28,183 nt of DNA from the NCBI GenBank assembly GCA_038062595.1, contig JBBTWW010000134.1, positions 1 through 28,183 on the forward strand. Reading direction: 5' to 3'. Origin of the DNA: Patescibacteria group bacterium (GTDB lineage: Bacteria > Patescibacteriota > Gracilibacteria > UBA1369 > JBBTWW01). This document shows positions 7,974 through 16,675 of the stretch, piece by piece. The position numbers and the translations under genes were made by a program. Each line of letters starts with the position of its first letter. Positions within the stretch are counted from its first letter, which is position 1. The notes under the pieces were generated by a model that searched no databases, had not been told where the DNA came from, and was given only the letters and a program-made list of their open reading frames with translations.

Positions 7974-9191
7974 ATGATCTCTATGCCGACCAGTCGACCA
8001 GTAGCTCGATCAACGACCGCCATGTCGACCCTTACTTCCACTGCGCCAATCGTTCCGTCGCTTCTCACGCCGCCGACCGCGCTGACAATAGCATCTCGAC
8101 AGCCCCCTATACCGCCAACGATCACTGTCAGCACTTTTACCAACATCACCGACTCCGAACTTTACAAAAAATGCCAGGAGTATGGCGCCAATGCTCGCGT
8201 GTGGATACGGCGATTTGAAGCGCTTATTCCAGAGGTTTTTCGGCGACGGCTTTATCGCAAACGTGGCTATGCCTCCATCCATGAATTTGCGGCAAAACTC
8301 GCCGGCATGAGCTACGACAAGGTAGATCGCATTTTACGAGTTTCGAAAAAACTGGAAAACCGTCCGATTTTAAAAGCCGCATTCGAAAATGGTGATTTGA
8401 GCCTTGGAAAAATTGACGACATTTTATATATAACGACAACTGAATCGGAGCAGTTGTGGGCCGCTAAAGCACGGACGATGACGCACGATCAGCTTAGAGA
8501 AGAAATCAAAATCGAACGCTCTAAATATCAGTTATTGCCGCCGCCGCTTGACTCCTTAGGGAATATTGCAAAAGTTACCGACGTCGGTAACTTTCAACCT
8601 GTAAAATTGACCGAGATTGATGGGTCTAAAAATGGACTATTGCCAGGAGTGGCTGAAGCTGGCATCGGCGTAATCGCACTTGCCGACGATATAACAAACG
8701 AATTCAGAAATCTTTCAATAAAAATCTCGCCGCAGACAGAGCGCAAACTACTGACGATTAAACAGCGGTTGGAAAGATCGCGCAAGGAAACGGTGAGCAT
8801 GGGCGAGGTTATAGAGGCGCTTGCGGACGGCGCACGCGAGGAGATTGCGAGGAGTCAAAACAAACGGACGATAAACCGCTGTCCGGATTGTATTAAAAGA
8901 CGGGCAGCGGCCGATAAGTTGACCGTTGAAGCGACCAGCAAAAGACTTTATAACAAATCTGATGACGATGTGACGCGCTATGTGCCGCGTGAGATTCGCG
9001 AGTTGGTCTTGGCGCGACAGAAATATCGGTGCCCGGGCTGCCTCCGCCCGCCCACAGATATACACCACCTCGACGGCTGGGCGCGCACGCGAAACCACAA
9101 CCCCGACCGGTTGATCTATCTATGCAAAACCCACCACTCATACATTCATCACAACGATAAAAAAGTGCAGGCGTATAAAATTACCAAATGA
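7974..9191 (+). CDS. HNH endonuclease with helical N-terminal region (DUF222-like architecture)
   Basis: C-terminal RYVP..IR..VLARQKYRCPGC..DIHH..H..LIYLCKTHH..IH. Extra CPDC knuckle. N-terminal RRLYRKRGYASIHEFAAKLAGMS block. Start uncertain (7974-8022). Confidence 0.85.
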   Translation: MISMPTSRPVARSTTAMSTLTSTAPIVPSLLTPPTALTIASRQPPIPPTITVSTFTNITDSELYKKCQEYGANARVWIRRFEALIPEVFRRRLYRKRGYASIHEFAAKLAGMSYDKVDRILRVSKKLENRPILKAAFENGDLSLGKIDDILYITTTESEQLWAAKARTMTHDQLREEIKIERSKYQLLPPPLDSLGNIAKVTDVGNFQPVKLTEIDGSKNGLLPGVAEAGIGVIALADDITNEFRNLSIKISPQTERKLLTIKQRLERSRKETVSMGEVIEALADGAREEIARSQNKRTINRCPDCIKRRAAADKLTVEATSKRLYNKSDDDVTRYVPREIRELVLARQKYRCPGCLRPPTDIHHLDGWARTRNHNPDRLIYLCKTHHSYIHHNDKKVQAYKITK

Positions 9192-9199
9192 CCAAAAAT

Positions 9200-9907
9200 C
9201 TAATGTACTATACCACCACCAGGCCCGATAATCGGCGGCTCCGCGGACGTGTCAGGTGAAGGCATGGCCGCATCCAGTACGGTTTCCAGCCCTTGGTTAG
9301 GCACCGACGGTGGCGACAATGGCGGTGTAGCCTGCGCGGCGGCCGACCTGCGCCTCTCGTCAAATGCGTATATCGTCTTTCCGACACTTTCTCTAGCAAA
9401 TGTAGTCACAAAACCCCTCATCGCGCTGGCGGACACGCGACCGGTCTTCGGTTTTTCCGAATCCGTACTGCTCATAGTGCAGTCAAGCGTATCGGATGAG
9501 CCATCGCTAATCTTGCTATATAGTCGCGTGACATAATCATCTAGAGCTGTCCCGGACATTATCTCCGAGACATTACGATCAGCATCAAGGTAAGCGGCTA
9601 CAAAAGCCTGCGTGCCACCACTGAGAAAATCAATCCTATTATATGTAACATCACCATCCTTAGAGGCTGTAATTATGCACCGACTATTTTCACCTGCAAC
9701 TTCACATTGCACAGTTCTATTACTGTCTTTTTCATCAAAATCTCCAGGCTCGCAAGCCCGTATGGCAACCATACAATTGGTTTTTGCCGAATCTGCTATA
9801 AACGAAATATTATCTATGACCTCTTGCGTAATATCTTTTGGCGCGCACGCAGGTGCGGCGGCGAGGGCCACAGCGGATACGGCGGCGGAAACTCTGTTTA
9901 ATGACAT
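9200..9907 (-). CDS. Hypothetical exported protein, possible lipoprotein, Cys-containing with Pro-rich tail
   Basis: MSLNRVSAAVSAVALAAAPAC resembles a signal peptide with an imperfect lipobox; own promoter and TTTAAT leader motif. Confidence 0.7.
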   Translation of the reverse strand: MSLNRVSAAVSAVALAAAPACAPKDITQEVIDNISFIADSAKTNCMVAIRACEPGDFDEKDSNRTVQCEVAGENSRCIITASKDGDVTYNRIDFLSGGTQAFVAAYLDADRNVSEIMSGTALDDYVTRLYSKISDGSSDTLDCTMSSTDSEKPKTGRVSASAMRGFVTTFARESVGKTIYAFDERRRSAAAQATPPLSPPSVPNQGLETVLDAAMPSPDTSAEPPIIGPGGGIVH

Positions 9908-9947
9908 TTTTAAAAATGATTAAAAATCTAATCCAATCTAAGGCGCA

Positions 9948-9998
9948 ACTCTACACCGCGCCATGCGGCATTGTCAAAATTGACAATTCAGGTACCCT
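9948..9998. promoter_or_regulatory. Back-to-back divergent promoters around the palindrome TTGTCAA-AA-TTGACAA (9971-9986)
   Basis: Minus strand: TTGACA (9977-9972), 18 bp, TAGAGT (9953-9948). Plus strand: TTGTCA (9971-9976), 16 bp, TACCCT (9993-9998), 6 nt, ATG 10005. Confidence 0.45.
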
Positions 9999-10004
9999 AT
10001 AGTC

Positions 10005-12206
10005 ATGTACATCTGCCTCGATCTGGAAACCACCGGTATAGATCCGTCACATGACAGAATCATCGAGGTCGCCGCGGTGAAATTTGATGACAGCGGGAAA
10101 ATCCTGGATCGATTCGTCACATTGGTGAATCCGGGTTTTGCTCTTCCTCAAGCCATCACTGTTATCACGGGTATCACTGACTCCGACCTCAAGGATGCAC
10201 CGCAATGGCAAGATGTAAAAGAAAAAGTTGTCGCTTTTATAAAGGGCGAACTGCCGATCGTCGGGCATAATGTGAGCTTTGATCGGGATTTTCTAAACAA
10301 TCACGGTGTGGCGACACCGCAGGCAACGTACGACACCGTGGAGCTGGCGAGAATGTTTTTCTTGGATGAACCTTCGTACGCGTTGGAAATCCTTGCAAAA
10401 AATCTCCCACTCCCCCACCGTCCATCACACCGCGCGATGGACGACGTGATGACGACTGTAGATTTATTTTTACTGATTTTAAAAAAAATCAGCGCGCTGG
10501 AACCGGCTGTTATGAAACAACTGTCGGGCATACTGGCAAGAACTGAGTGGCCGACTAAGCGTCTTTTCCTGAGTACGGCAAAGGACTTCAGCCATATTGC
10601 TGATACGGCAGGTTTTGCAAAAGTTTCGGCAAAAAAGAAAATGGCAGGACAGCTCGACATATCACAACTATTGCAAAACACTATTGTCGAGACACAGGAA
10701 AGTTTTGAGCTCAGTAAGCTTCCGCATGACAAAAAAACACTCGTCGCCGTCGGCACGCGCAGAAGTATGCTGGAGCGGCTTGATAATGCGACGGCAATTT
10801 TTGAACCGGAGTTTTACTTAAGCCGGTCGCGCTTTGATCAGTTGATAAATCAACCATCACTCTCATCGGCAGAGGCTTCATTTGCAGTAAAAATCACCCT
10901 GTGGCTGGCAAAAACAAAGATTGGAGTACGACAGGAACTGGCCCTGGGGCAGGACGAATATAGGCTATGGGACCACGTCTGTGCTCTCGACATCACTGAT
11001 GAATCTTTTTTCCGGGATGCTCTGGTAATGACTAAAAATGCATCGGTAATATTGTGCCATCACGCATTTTTGATTTCAGAAATTTTTTCACAAATCTCTC
11101 CGGAGCACATCATCGTCGAAGATGCGCTGGCGCTCGAGGACAATATTACGCAGACGCTAACGATACGAGTCGGCGAGGAAGACTTCACGCATGACAAATT
11201 GACGGAAGAGCAAAAAAATAGAATTGGAATTCTTTTCGGCCTTATTGGGATGTATTACAGTAAAAACACAGATCCGATGTACAAAAGTGATGTGGTAATC
11301 GATAACACGATGAAGTTCACAGAGGATGGCGGAAAAATCTTAAGCATGCTGGAAAATCTGGATATCGACTGCGACGCGTTACGCAATTTAAAAAAAATAT
11401 TTGAGTTGGCGTCAGACATCGACCGCTGGGTTGTATACGTATCCGGTTATACCGGTAGCATGCGGCTTTTTGCCGTCCCTCTCGGCGTTGACGAGCCTCT
11501 CTGTGAGACTGTACTCAGCGCATCCGGTAAGCATACGATATCTTTCATCGACAGCGCATTATCCATCAGCGGAGATCTTTCTTTTTTCAAAAATGTAATC
11601 GGCCTTGACGACCGCTTCACCTCGCACCGCACGCCATTTTCATTATCAAATCTCACGCTGGATATTCCAAGCGATATACCCGGGCCAAATACTAACGGAT
11701 ATTTCAGCAAGTACATCGAAATCTTGAAAAAAAGCATGGACGAGTTCGGAGGCGCTACGCTCGTATTGCTACAGACGAAAAAGGCTCTGGAAGCCACGTA
11801 TCTACGGCTCATGCCGGAAGCCAACGCCCGCAGTATGCACCTGCTGGCCCAGGGGCTCTCTGGCGGGCGCGGCAAGGTCATCGAGCTCTTTGCGACCGAC
11901 CCCGGTACCACGATGCTGATTGGACTCCAGAGTCTGCTGGAGCTCATCGAGCCGATCGAGGACGACTTGAAGTGCGTGCTCTTCCAAAAAATCCCATTTG
12001 ATTTTTCCACCAACCCGCTATTTAAGATGCGGCCGCAACGGTATAGAAACGGCTTCGAGGAGTATACGGTCCCGCGCGCGTTATTGCGCTTCAAAAAAAT
12101 TCTGGCCGAACTCAATCGCGGCGGTGCTCGCAAGATAATTATCCTGGACAGACGGCTACTGGAGCGCGACTACGCGCGCGGGTTCTTGAACGAAATCATG
12201 GCTTGA
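10005..12206 (+). CDS. DEDDh (DnaQ-like) 3'-5' exonuclease fused to a degenerate DinG-like helicase region
   Basis: ExoI LDLETTG, ExoII GHNVSFD, ExoIII HRAMDD. C-terminal GATLVLL..QG..GG..LIG..QKIPF..Y.VPRA..RFK pattern matches the DinG C-terminal domain. No GxGK[ST] Walker A is visible. Confidence 0.85.
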   Translation: MYICLDLETTGIDPSHDRIIEVAAVKFDDSGKILDRFVTLVNPGFALPQAITVITGITDSDLKDAPQWQDVKEKVVAFIKGELPIVGHNVSFDRDFLNNHGVATPQATYDTVELARMFFLDEPSYALEILAKNLPLPHRPSHRAMDDVMTTVDLFLLILKKISALEPAVMKQLSGILARTEWPTKRLFLSTAKDFSHIADTAGFAKVSAKKKMAGQLDISQLLQNTIVETQESFELSKLPHDKKTLVAVGTRRSMLERLDNATAIFEPEFYLSRSRFDQLINQPSLSSAEASFAVKITLWLAKTKIGVRQELALGQDEYRLWDHVCALDITDESFFRDALVMTKNASVILCHHAFLISEIFSQISPEHIIVEDALALEDNITQTLTIRVGEEDFTHDKLTEEQKNRIGILFGLIGMYYSKNTDPMYKSDVVIDNTMKFTEDGGKILSMLENLDIDCDALRNLKKIFELASDIDRWVVYVSGYTGSMRLFAVPLGVDEPLCETVLSASGKHTISFIDSALSISGDLSFFKNVIGLDDRFTSHRTPFSLSNLTLDIPSDIPGPNTNGYFSKYIEILKKSMDEFGGATLVLLQTKKALEATYLRLMPEANARSMHLLAQGLSGGRGKVIELFATDPGTTMLIGLQSLLELIEPIEDDLKCVLFQKIPFDFSTNPLFKMRPQRYRNGFEEYTVPRALLRFKKILAELNRGGARKIIILDRRLLERDYARGFLNEIMA

Positions 12207-12979
12207 GCTACAATATCCTGGTGAAATTCAAAACCCTACAAATAGTAAAGATAGGCAGTCAAGCACTCTTTCGCGATAAAGATCGGATTGATATTAACAA
12301 GATTAATGATATCGGTCATGACGTGAAATATCTGCGAGATCACCATGGTGTAATGACCGTGCTTGTAACCTCCGGCGCGATATCTCTCGGCAAAATGTCA
12401 CGCAGTGTAGCCGAGGCCTCCAATGATCTCGTAAAATCACGCGTCGCGGCATCCATAGGCCAGGTACAACTGATGGATCTGTATAAATTGAGTATTGGTG
12501 AGGAGGTGGCGCAGATACTCGCCACACACGTCGGAATAGCAAATGAAGAGAGCAGAAAAAACTTTGAAGAAATGATGCGTATACTGATTAACGACGGTAT
12601 TTTTCCGATCGTGAACTACAACGATACTATGGACGACTACGAGATGAAACACGTACAAAACTTTGGTGACAATGACAAACTCACCGAGACTCTGGCGATA
12701 ATGCTAAATGTAGACCGCGTTGTCATCGTCTCCAATGTAGATGGATTTCTTGACCAGAGCGGCAAACTTATAGAACGCATAACCGCAAAAGACGACTTCC
12801 GCCAATACTATACATACTGCAGTACGAAATCAAACCGCGGTACAGGCGGCATGTGTTCAAAAGTTTCAGTTGCAGAGAATCTGCTCAAGCACGGCATCAC
12901 CACGATAATAGGAAATTCCGCATACAATCTACCGGACATAATAGACGGCAAAGTACCGCGAACGATCTTCGTGCCGTAA
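12203..12979 (+). CDS. proB: Glutamate 5-kinase, short form without PUA domain
   Basis: VKIGS, VTSGAI..G, ASIGQ..LM..Y, PIVNYND, FGDND.L, GTGGM.SKV. TTG start overlaps the upstream TGA. Confidence 0.85.
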   Translation: MSYNILVKFKTLQIVKIGSQALFRDKDRIDINKINDIGHDVKYLRDHHGVMTVLVTSGAISLGKMSRSVAEASNDLVKSRVAASIGQVQLMDLYKLSIGEEVAQILATHVGIANEESRKNFEEMMRILINDGIFPIVNYNDTMDDYEMKHVQNFGDNDKLTETLAIMLNVDRVVIVSNVDGFLDQSGKLIERITAKDDFRQYYTYCSTKSNRGTGGMCSKVSVAENLLKHGITTIIGNSAYNLPDIIDGKVPRTIFVP

Positions 12980-12986
12980 TGTGTTA

Positions 12987-13985
12987 TTATCTGCCAACTG
13001 CGAATTCAGTTGATGCCATAAAATAACCTCTCTGCACCAGCTCACGATACGCGGAGGAGAGGTTAACATCTTCCAATACACGTGCTTCTGCAATAAAGTC
13101 TCGAAGCGCACGTTTCCGTATCATAGGATCTTTTTGACTCCGTAGTTCATTCATACATATCTTCATTTTAGATAGGTTTTTGACGATACCGCGAATCATA
13201 CCAAAGCCTAAATGTTCATACATCAATATACTGTGTTCTGATACGTAATCATTAATCGCGTCAACTCTCACGGCAAGAGCTCCACACACAGCAATTCTAT
13301 CGTCGCCTGTTTTAGCCTGCATAAGCTGTCTTAGTAAGGTGTGTATAGCCTCTTTTCCGTTTTCGATAAATACGGTACAGACCTGCAAACGAACAGAGTC
13401 CATATTGCGTTCTGGTAGACGGGAATCATACTCCACACGTGCTCTCATTGCTTCTACGGCTTCTTTTAATATCTTGATGTATCTACCGATAGATGAGTCT
13501 TGATTGATATTTCTGGGCAGTATTGCAACGATATTTTTGACCAGCTCTTCAAAAGCAAAAACCTCTCCGAACACTTCGTAATTGATAACGCTGTTAAAAT
13601 CCGACTGTGCTATGTAACGAGCTCTGTCCTGGAGCTTAAGAAGACTGACACATACTTCTCGACGCTCTACGTCTATATCTTCTCTGCTTGGCTGGAGCAT
13701 CCCATTCGCCGTTCTAAATATACTTCCACCATCTGGTCTTTTACGTCCTTCTTTGGATACTCGAATAGCCGCTCTAATTCTAGCGGCACTGGCCAGTGCT
13801 TCATCGGGTAAAGACATTACTTCATTAAGCACGGCGGTCATATCGAGATTATCATTCACAGCGCCAAGAGCTACTATAACGCCTCCGTTTAAGCTATCAA
13901 GTGCAACATTTGAGACTACACTCAACCCGGATTTATGATCCGCGATCTCTAGTCTTGGCCTTTCTTGTAAATCTTGAACTCCCAT
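12987..13985 (-). CDS. Hypothetical protein (332 aa orphan, predicted mostly helical)
   Basis: Long ORF filling the proB-uvrB gap, with its own promoter. No recognisable motif. Confidence 0.75.
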   Translation of the reverse strand: MGVQDLQERPRLEIADHKSGLSVVSNVALDSLNGGVIVALGAVNDNLDMTAVLNEVMSLPDEALASAARIRAAIRVSKEGRKRPDGGSIFRTANGMLQPSREDIDVERREVCVSLLKLQDRARYIAQSDFNSVINYEVFGEVFAFEELVKNIVAILPRNINQDSSIGRYIKILKEAVEAMRARVEYDSRLPERNMDSVRLQVCTVFIENGKEAIHTLLRQLMQAKTGDDRIAVCGALAVRVDAINDYVSEHSILMYEHLGFGMIRGIVKNLSKMKICMNELRSQKDPMIRKRALRDFIAEARVLEDVNLSSAYRELVQRGYFMASTEFAVGR

Positions 13986-14008
13986 TATAATTAAATTAAA
14001 GGAGTAGA

Positions 14009-14036
14009 ATTATACATGTTATTTAGGACAAGTCAA
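14009..14036 (-). promoter_or_regulatory. Near-consensus sigma70 promoter
   Basis: TTGACT (14036-14031), 16 bp, TATAAT (14014-14009). Confidence 0.65.
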
Positions 14037-14057
14037 TATGTATCCCAACCTGTAAGT

Positions 14058-16022
14058 CTAGATCTTCGCCTTCAACGCCTCTATCTGATCGCGTAGCTCC
14101 GCGGCGAGTTCAAAGTCCAGATTTTGGGCGGCCATCTCCATCTGTACCTCGAGACCCTTTATCAGACGACCCATCTCTTCTTTTGGTACCTTTTTGATAT
14201 CTATCTTTGGCGCCCTGTCCTTTTTCTTGCCCGGCGCATCTATGGCCTTGATCGCCTTTATGATCGTCTGCGGCGTGATCCCATGCTTCTCATTATACTC
14301 GGTCTGGAGTTTGCGACGGCGCTCGGTTTCAGAAAGCGCACCTTTCATGCCATCAGTAATTCTATCAGCATACATTACTACAAATCCATTCACATTGCGT
14401 GCGCAACGACCGATAGTCTGGACGAGAGCAGATGTGGAGCGAAGAAATCCCTGTTTGTCAGCGTCGAGAATTGCGATGAACGAGACCTCAGGCAAGTCCA
14501 ATCCTTCACGTAGCAAATTAATACCAACAAGTACGTCGAACGCGCCAAGGCGCAAATCACGAAGAATCTCAACGCGCTCAAATGTCTCAATGTCCGAGTG
14601 TAGATATTTCACTTTTAATCCCGCATCAACGAGGAAGTCTGTGAGATCCTCGCTTGAACGCTTTGTCAATGTAGTAATCAGCGTGCGCTCTTTTGAGACA
14701 ATGCGTTTTTTTACCTCTCCGATAATGTCCGGAATTTGATTTTTTGTCGGACGCACCTCGACCCTTGGATCTATCAATCCTGTCGGGCGCACTATCATCT
14801 CCACCATTGTGTCTTTTGATTTTTCCAGCTCGTATTTCGCGGGCGTGGCGGAGATGTAGACCACCCTGTCCATGAATTCTTCGAACTCGTCAAATTTTAA
14901 AGGACGGTTATCGTGGGCTGAGGGAAGCCGAAATCCGAAGTCGACGAGAGTCTGTTTGCGTGAAAAATTACCGTTGTACATGCCGCCGATCTGCGGAATA
15001 GAGATGTGCGACTCATCCACTACGAGCAGGAAGTCTTTTGGGAAATAATCCATCAGCGTAGATGGGGGCTCACCGGGGGCTTTACCGGAAAAATAACGGG
15101 TATAGTTCTCTATGCCGCTGACGTATCCGGTCTCGAGTAAGAGCTCGATGTCGTACTCTGTGCGCGTCTTGATACGTTCTGCCTCCAGCCCCTTGCCCAT
15201 TTTTTTCAACTCGTTATAACGCACATCCAGGTCCACGCGAATCTGATCTATGGCACGCTCTATCTTCTCGCGCGTAGTCACGCTATGTTTGGCCGGAAAT
15301 ATAGTAATCTCATCAAGCTCGCGAACGATCTCGCCGGTAAACTCTTCTTCTTCGGAAATTTTTTCCAACTCATCACCAAAAAACTCAAGGCGGTAGATAG
15401 TATCCTGACCAGGCGGAAATATCTCTACTACATCGCCCAAAACGTGAAACATGCCCTGCTTGAACTCCATTTGCGAGCGCGTGTATTGGATCTCCGTAAG
15501 CTGACGCAAGAGTTTATCACGCTGGTACGACTCCCCTTTTTTGATTTTAATAGCCAGCGCCGAGTAATCATCGACATCACCAAGACCGTAGATGCATGAA
15601 ACCGTAGCGACGATAATAACGTCGCGCCGTGTGAGCACATTCATCGTGGCCGCGTGGCGGAACTTGTCGATCTCCTCATTGATAGATGCATCCTTTTCTA
15701 TATACGTATCCGTAGCCGGCATATACGCCTCCGGTTGGTAGTAATCATAATAGGAGACGAAGTAGCTGACGGCATTATTTGGGAAAAATTCTTTAAACTC
15801 CGAATACAGCTGAGCGGCAAGGGTTTTGTTATGTGAAAGAACCAGCGTCGGTTTTTGTACCGCATTAATTACATTGGCTACGGCAAATGTCTTGCCTGAG
15901 CCTGTCACACCAAGCAGTGTCTGGTGTTTGACGTTATTATCCAGATTCTTCAGCATCTGCTCTATCGCCTTCGGCTGATCGCCGGTCGGCTTGTATGGTG
16001 CATTGAGTTGAAATTTTGGCAT
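14058..16022 (-). CDS. uvrB: Excinuclease ABC subunit B
   Basis: PTGDQP.AI, LLGVTGSGKT, HNKTLAAQLY.EFK, SYYDYYQPEAY, VDESH, GINLLREGLDLPEV, QTIGR.ARN, C-terminal UVR domain. Confidence 0.99.
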   Translation of the reverse strand: MPKFQLNAPYKPTGDQPKAIEQMLKNLDNNVKHQTLLGVTGSGKTFAVANVINAVQKPTLVLSHNKTLAAQLYSEFKEFFPNNAVSYFVSYYDYYQPEAYMPATDTYIEKDASINEEIDKFRHAATMNVLTRRDVIIVATVSCIYGLGDVDDYSALAIKIKKGESYQRDKLLRQLTEIQYTRSQMEFKQGMFHVLGDVVEIFPPGQDTIYRLEFFGDELEKISEEEEFTGEIVRELDEITIFPAKHSVTTREKIERAIDQIRVDLDVRYNELKKMGKGLEAERIKTRTEYDIELLLETGYVSGIENYTRYFSGKAPGEPPSTLMDYFPKDFLLVVDESHISIPQIGGMYNGNFSRKQTLVDFGFRLPSAHDNRPLKFDEFEEFMDRVVYISATPAKYELEKSKDTMVEMIVRPTGLIDPRVEVRPTKNQIPDIIGEVKKRIVSKERTLITTLTKRSSEDLTDFLVDAGLKVKYLHSDIETFERVEILRDLRLGAFDVLVGINLLREGLDLPEVSFIAILDADKQGFLRSTSALVQTIGRCARNVNGFVVMYADRITDGMKGALSETERRRKLQTEYNEKHGITPQTIIKAIKAIDAPGKKKDRAPKIDIKKVPKEEMGRLIKGLEVQMEMAAQNLDFELAAELRDQIEALKAKI

Positions 16023-16058
16023 ACAAAAGCGCTAAAATAGCTTTATTACAACCGGAGT

Positions 16059-16087
16059 ATTGTACCACTTAGCCAATACTCTAACAA
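16059..16087 (-). promoter_or_regulatory. Putative uvrB promoter with extended -10
   Basis: TTGTTA (16087-16082), 17 bp, TGG-TACAAT (-10 at 16064-16059). Confidence 0.55.
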
Positions 16088-16118
16088 GGCCGCCACTATC
16101 TGTCTAAAAGTATGGGTA

Positions 16119-16146
16119 TTGACAAAAGTGGCTTTTTCTATAAAAT
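16119..16146 (+). promoter_or_regulatory. Consensus sigma70 promoter, leaderless
   Basis: TTGACA (16119-16124), 16 bp, TAAAAT (16141-16146), 7 nt, in-frame ATG at 16154. Confidence 0.7.
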
Positions 16147-16153
16147 TCTGCCG

Positions 16154-16675
16154 ATGCGTGACTGCACAATTCACATTCGAGACAACGGGGAGCAAAGCGC
16201 CATCCCGATAACGATCAAGGTACATTTTCAAGGAGAAAATAGGTCTTCTGAAGTTGCCATAGATATGGCAACGATTGAGATTGCCAGACGCGTACGTGAG
16301 ATTTTTGAAACTGTACTTGAAGAAGTCGGTTACTATTCGCGCGTGCGCACAGATACTTCAACGATGTACGACTGGGATTCATCAAGAAGAGAACCGGCCT
16401 CATACGTATTAAAACGCGAACGACTGGAAAAACCGGGTGGGGCCTGTCGCGTATACTGCGAGGTCACACCACATGGGGATGATGCCGGTAAACACATGCT
16501 GTTTGAGCACAAAGGTGAAAACTCGGAGATCGACATGGTTATGTTCTTTGTATACGAAGAAATTCGCAGGATTTTTGAATCACACGGATATTTTAGACGC
16601 TCCATGCATCACGGGGAGGCGGGCAACAGCGAGTGCATCTTTGAGCTTGGAATAACCGAAACTACCGCTGAATAA
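16154..16675 (+). CDS. Hypothetical protein made of two tandem internal repeats
   Basis: Start reassigned from 16112 to 16154 because the promoter lies inside the longer ORF. Repeat motif GEN..SE..IDM...R.IFE...GY..R occurs twice. Confidence 0.7.
   Translation: MRDCTIHIRDNGEQSAIPITIKVHFQGENRSSEVAIDMATIEIARRVREIFETVLEEVGYYSRVRTDTSTMYDWDSSRREPASYVLKRERLEKPGGACRVYCEVTPHGDDAGKHMLFEHKGENSEIDMVMFFVYEEIRRIFESHGYFRRSMHHGEAGNSECIFELGITETTAE

Noticed and set aside
16023-16153. SOS/LexA box upstream of uvrB
   Set aside because: No CTGT-N8-ACAG or GAAC-N4-GTTC type palindrome found.
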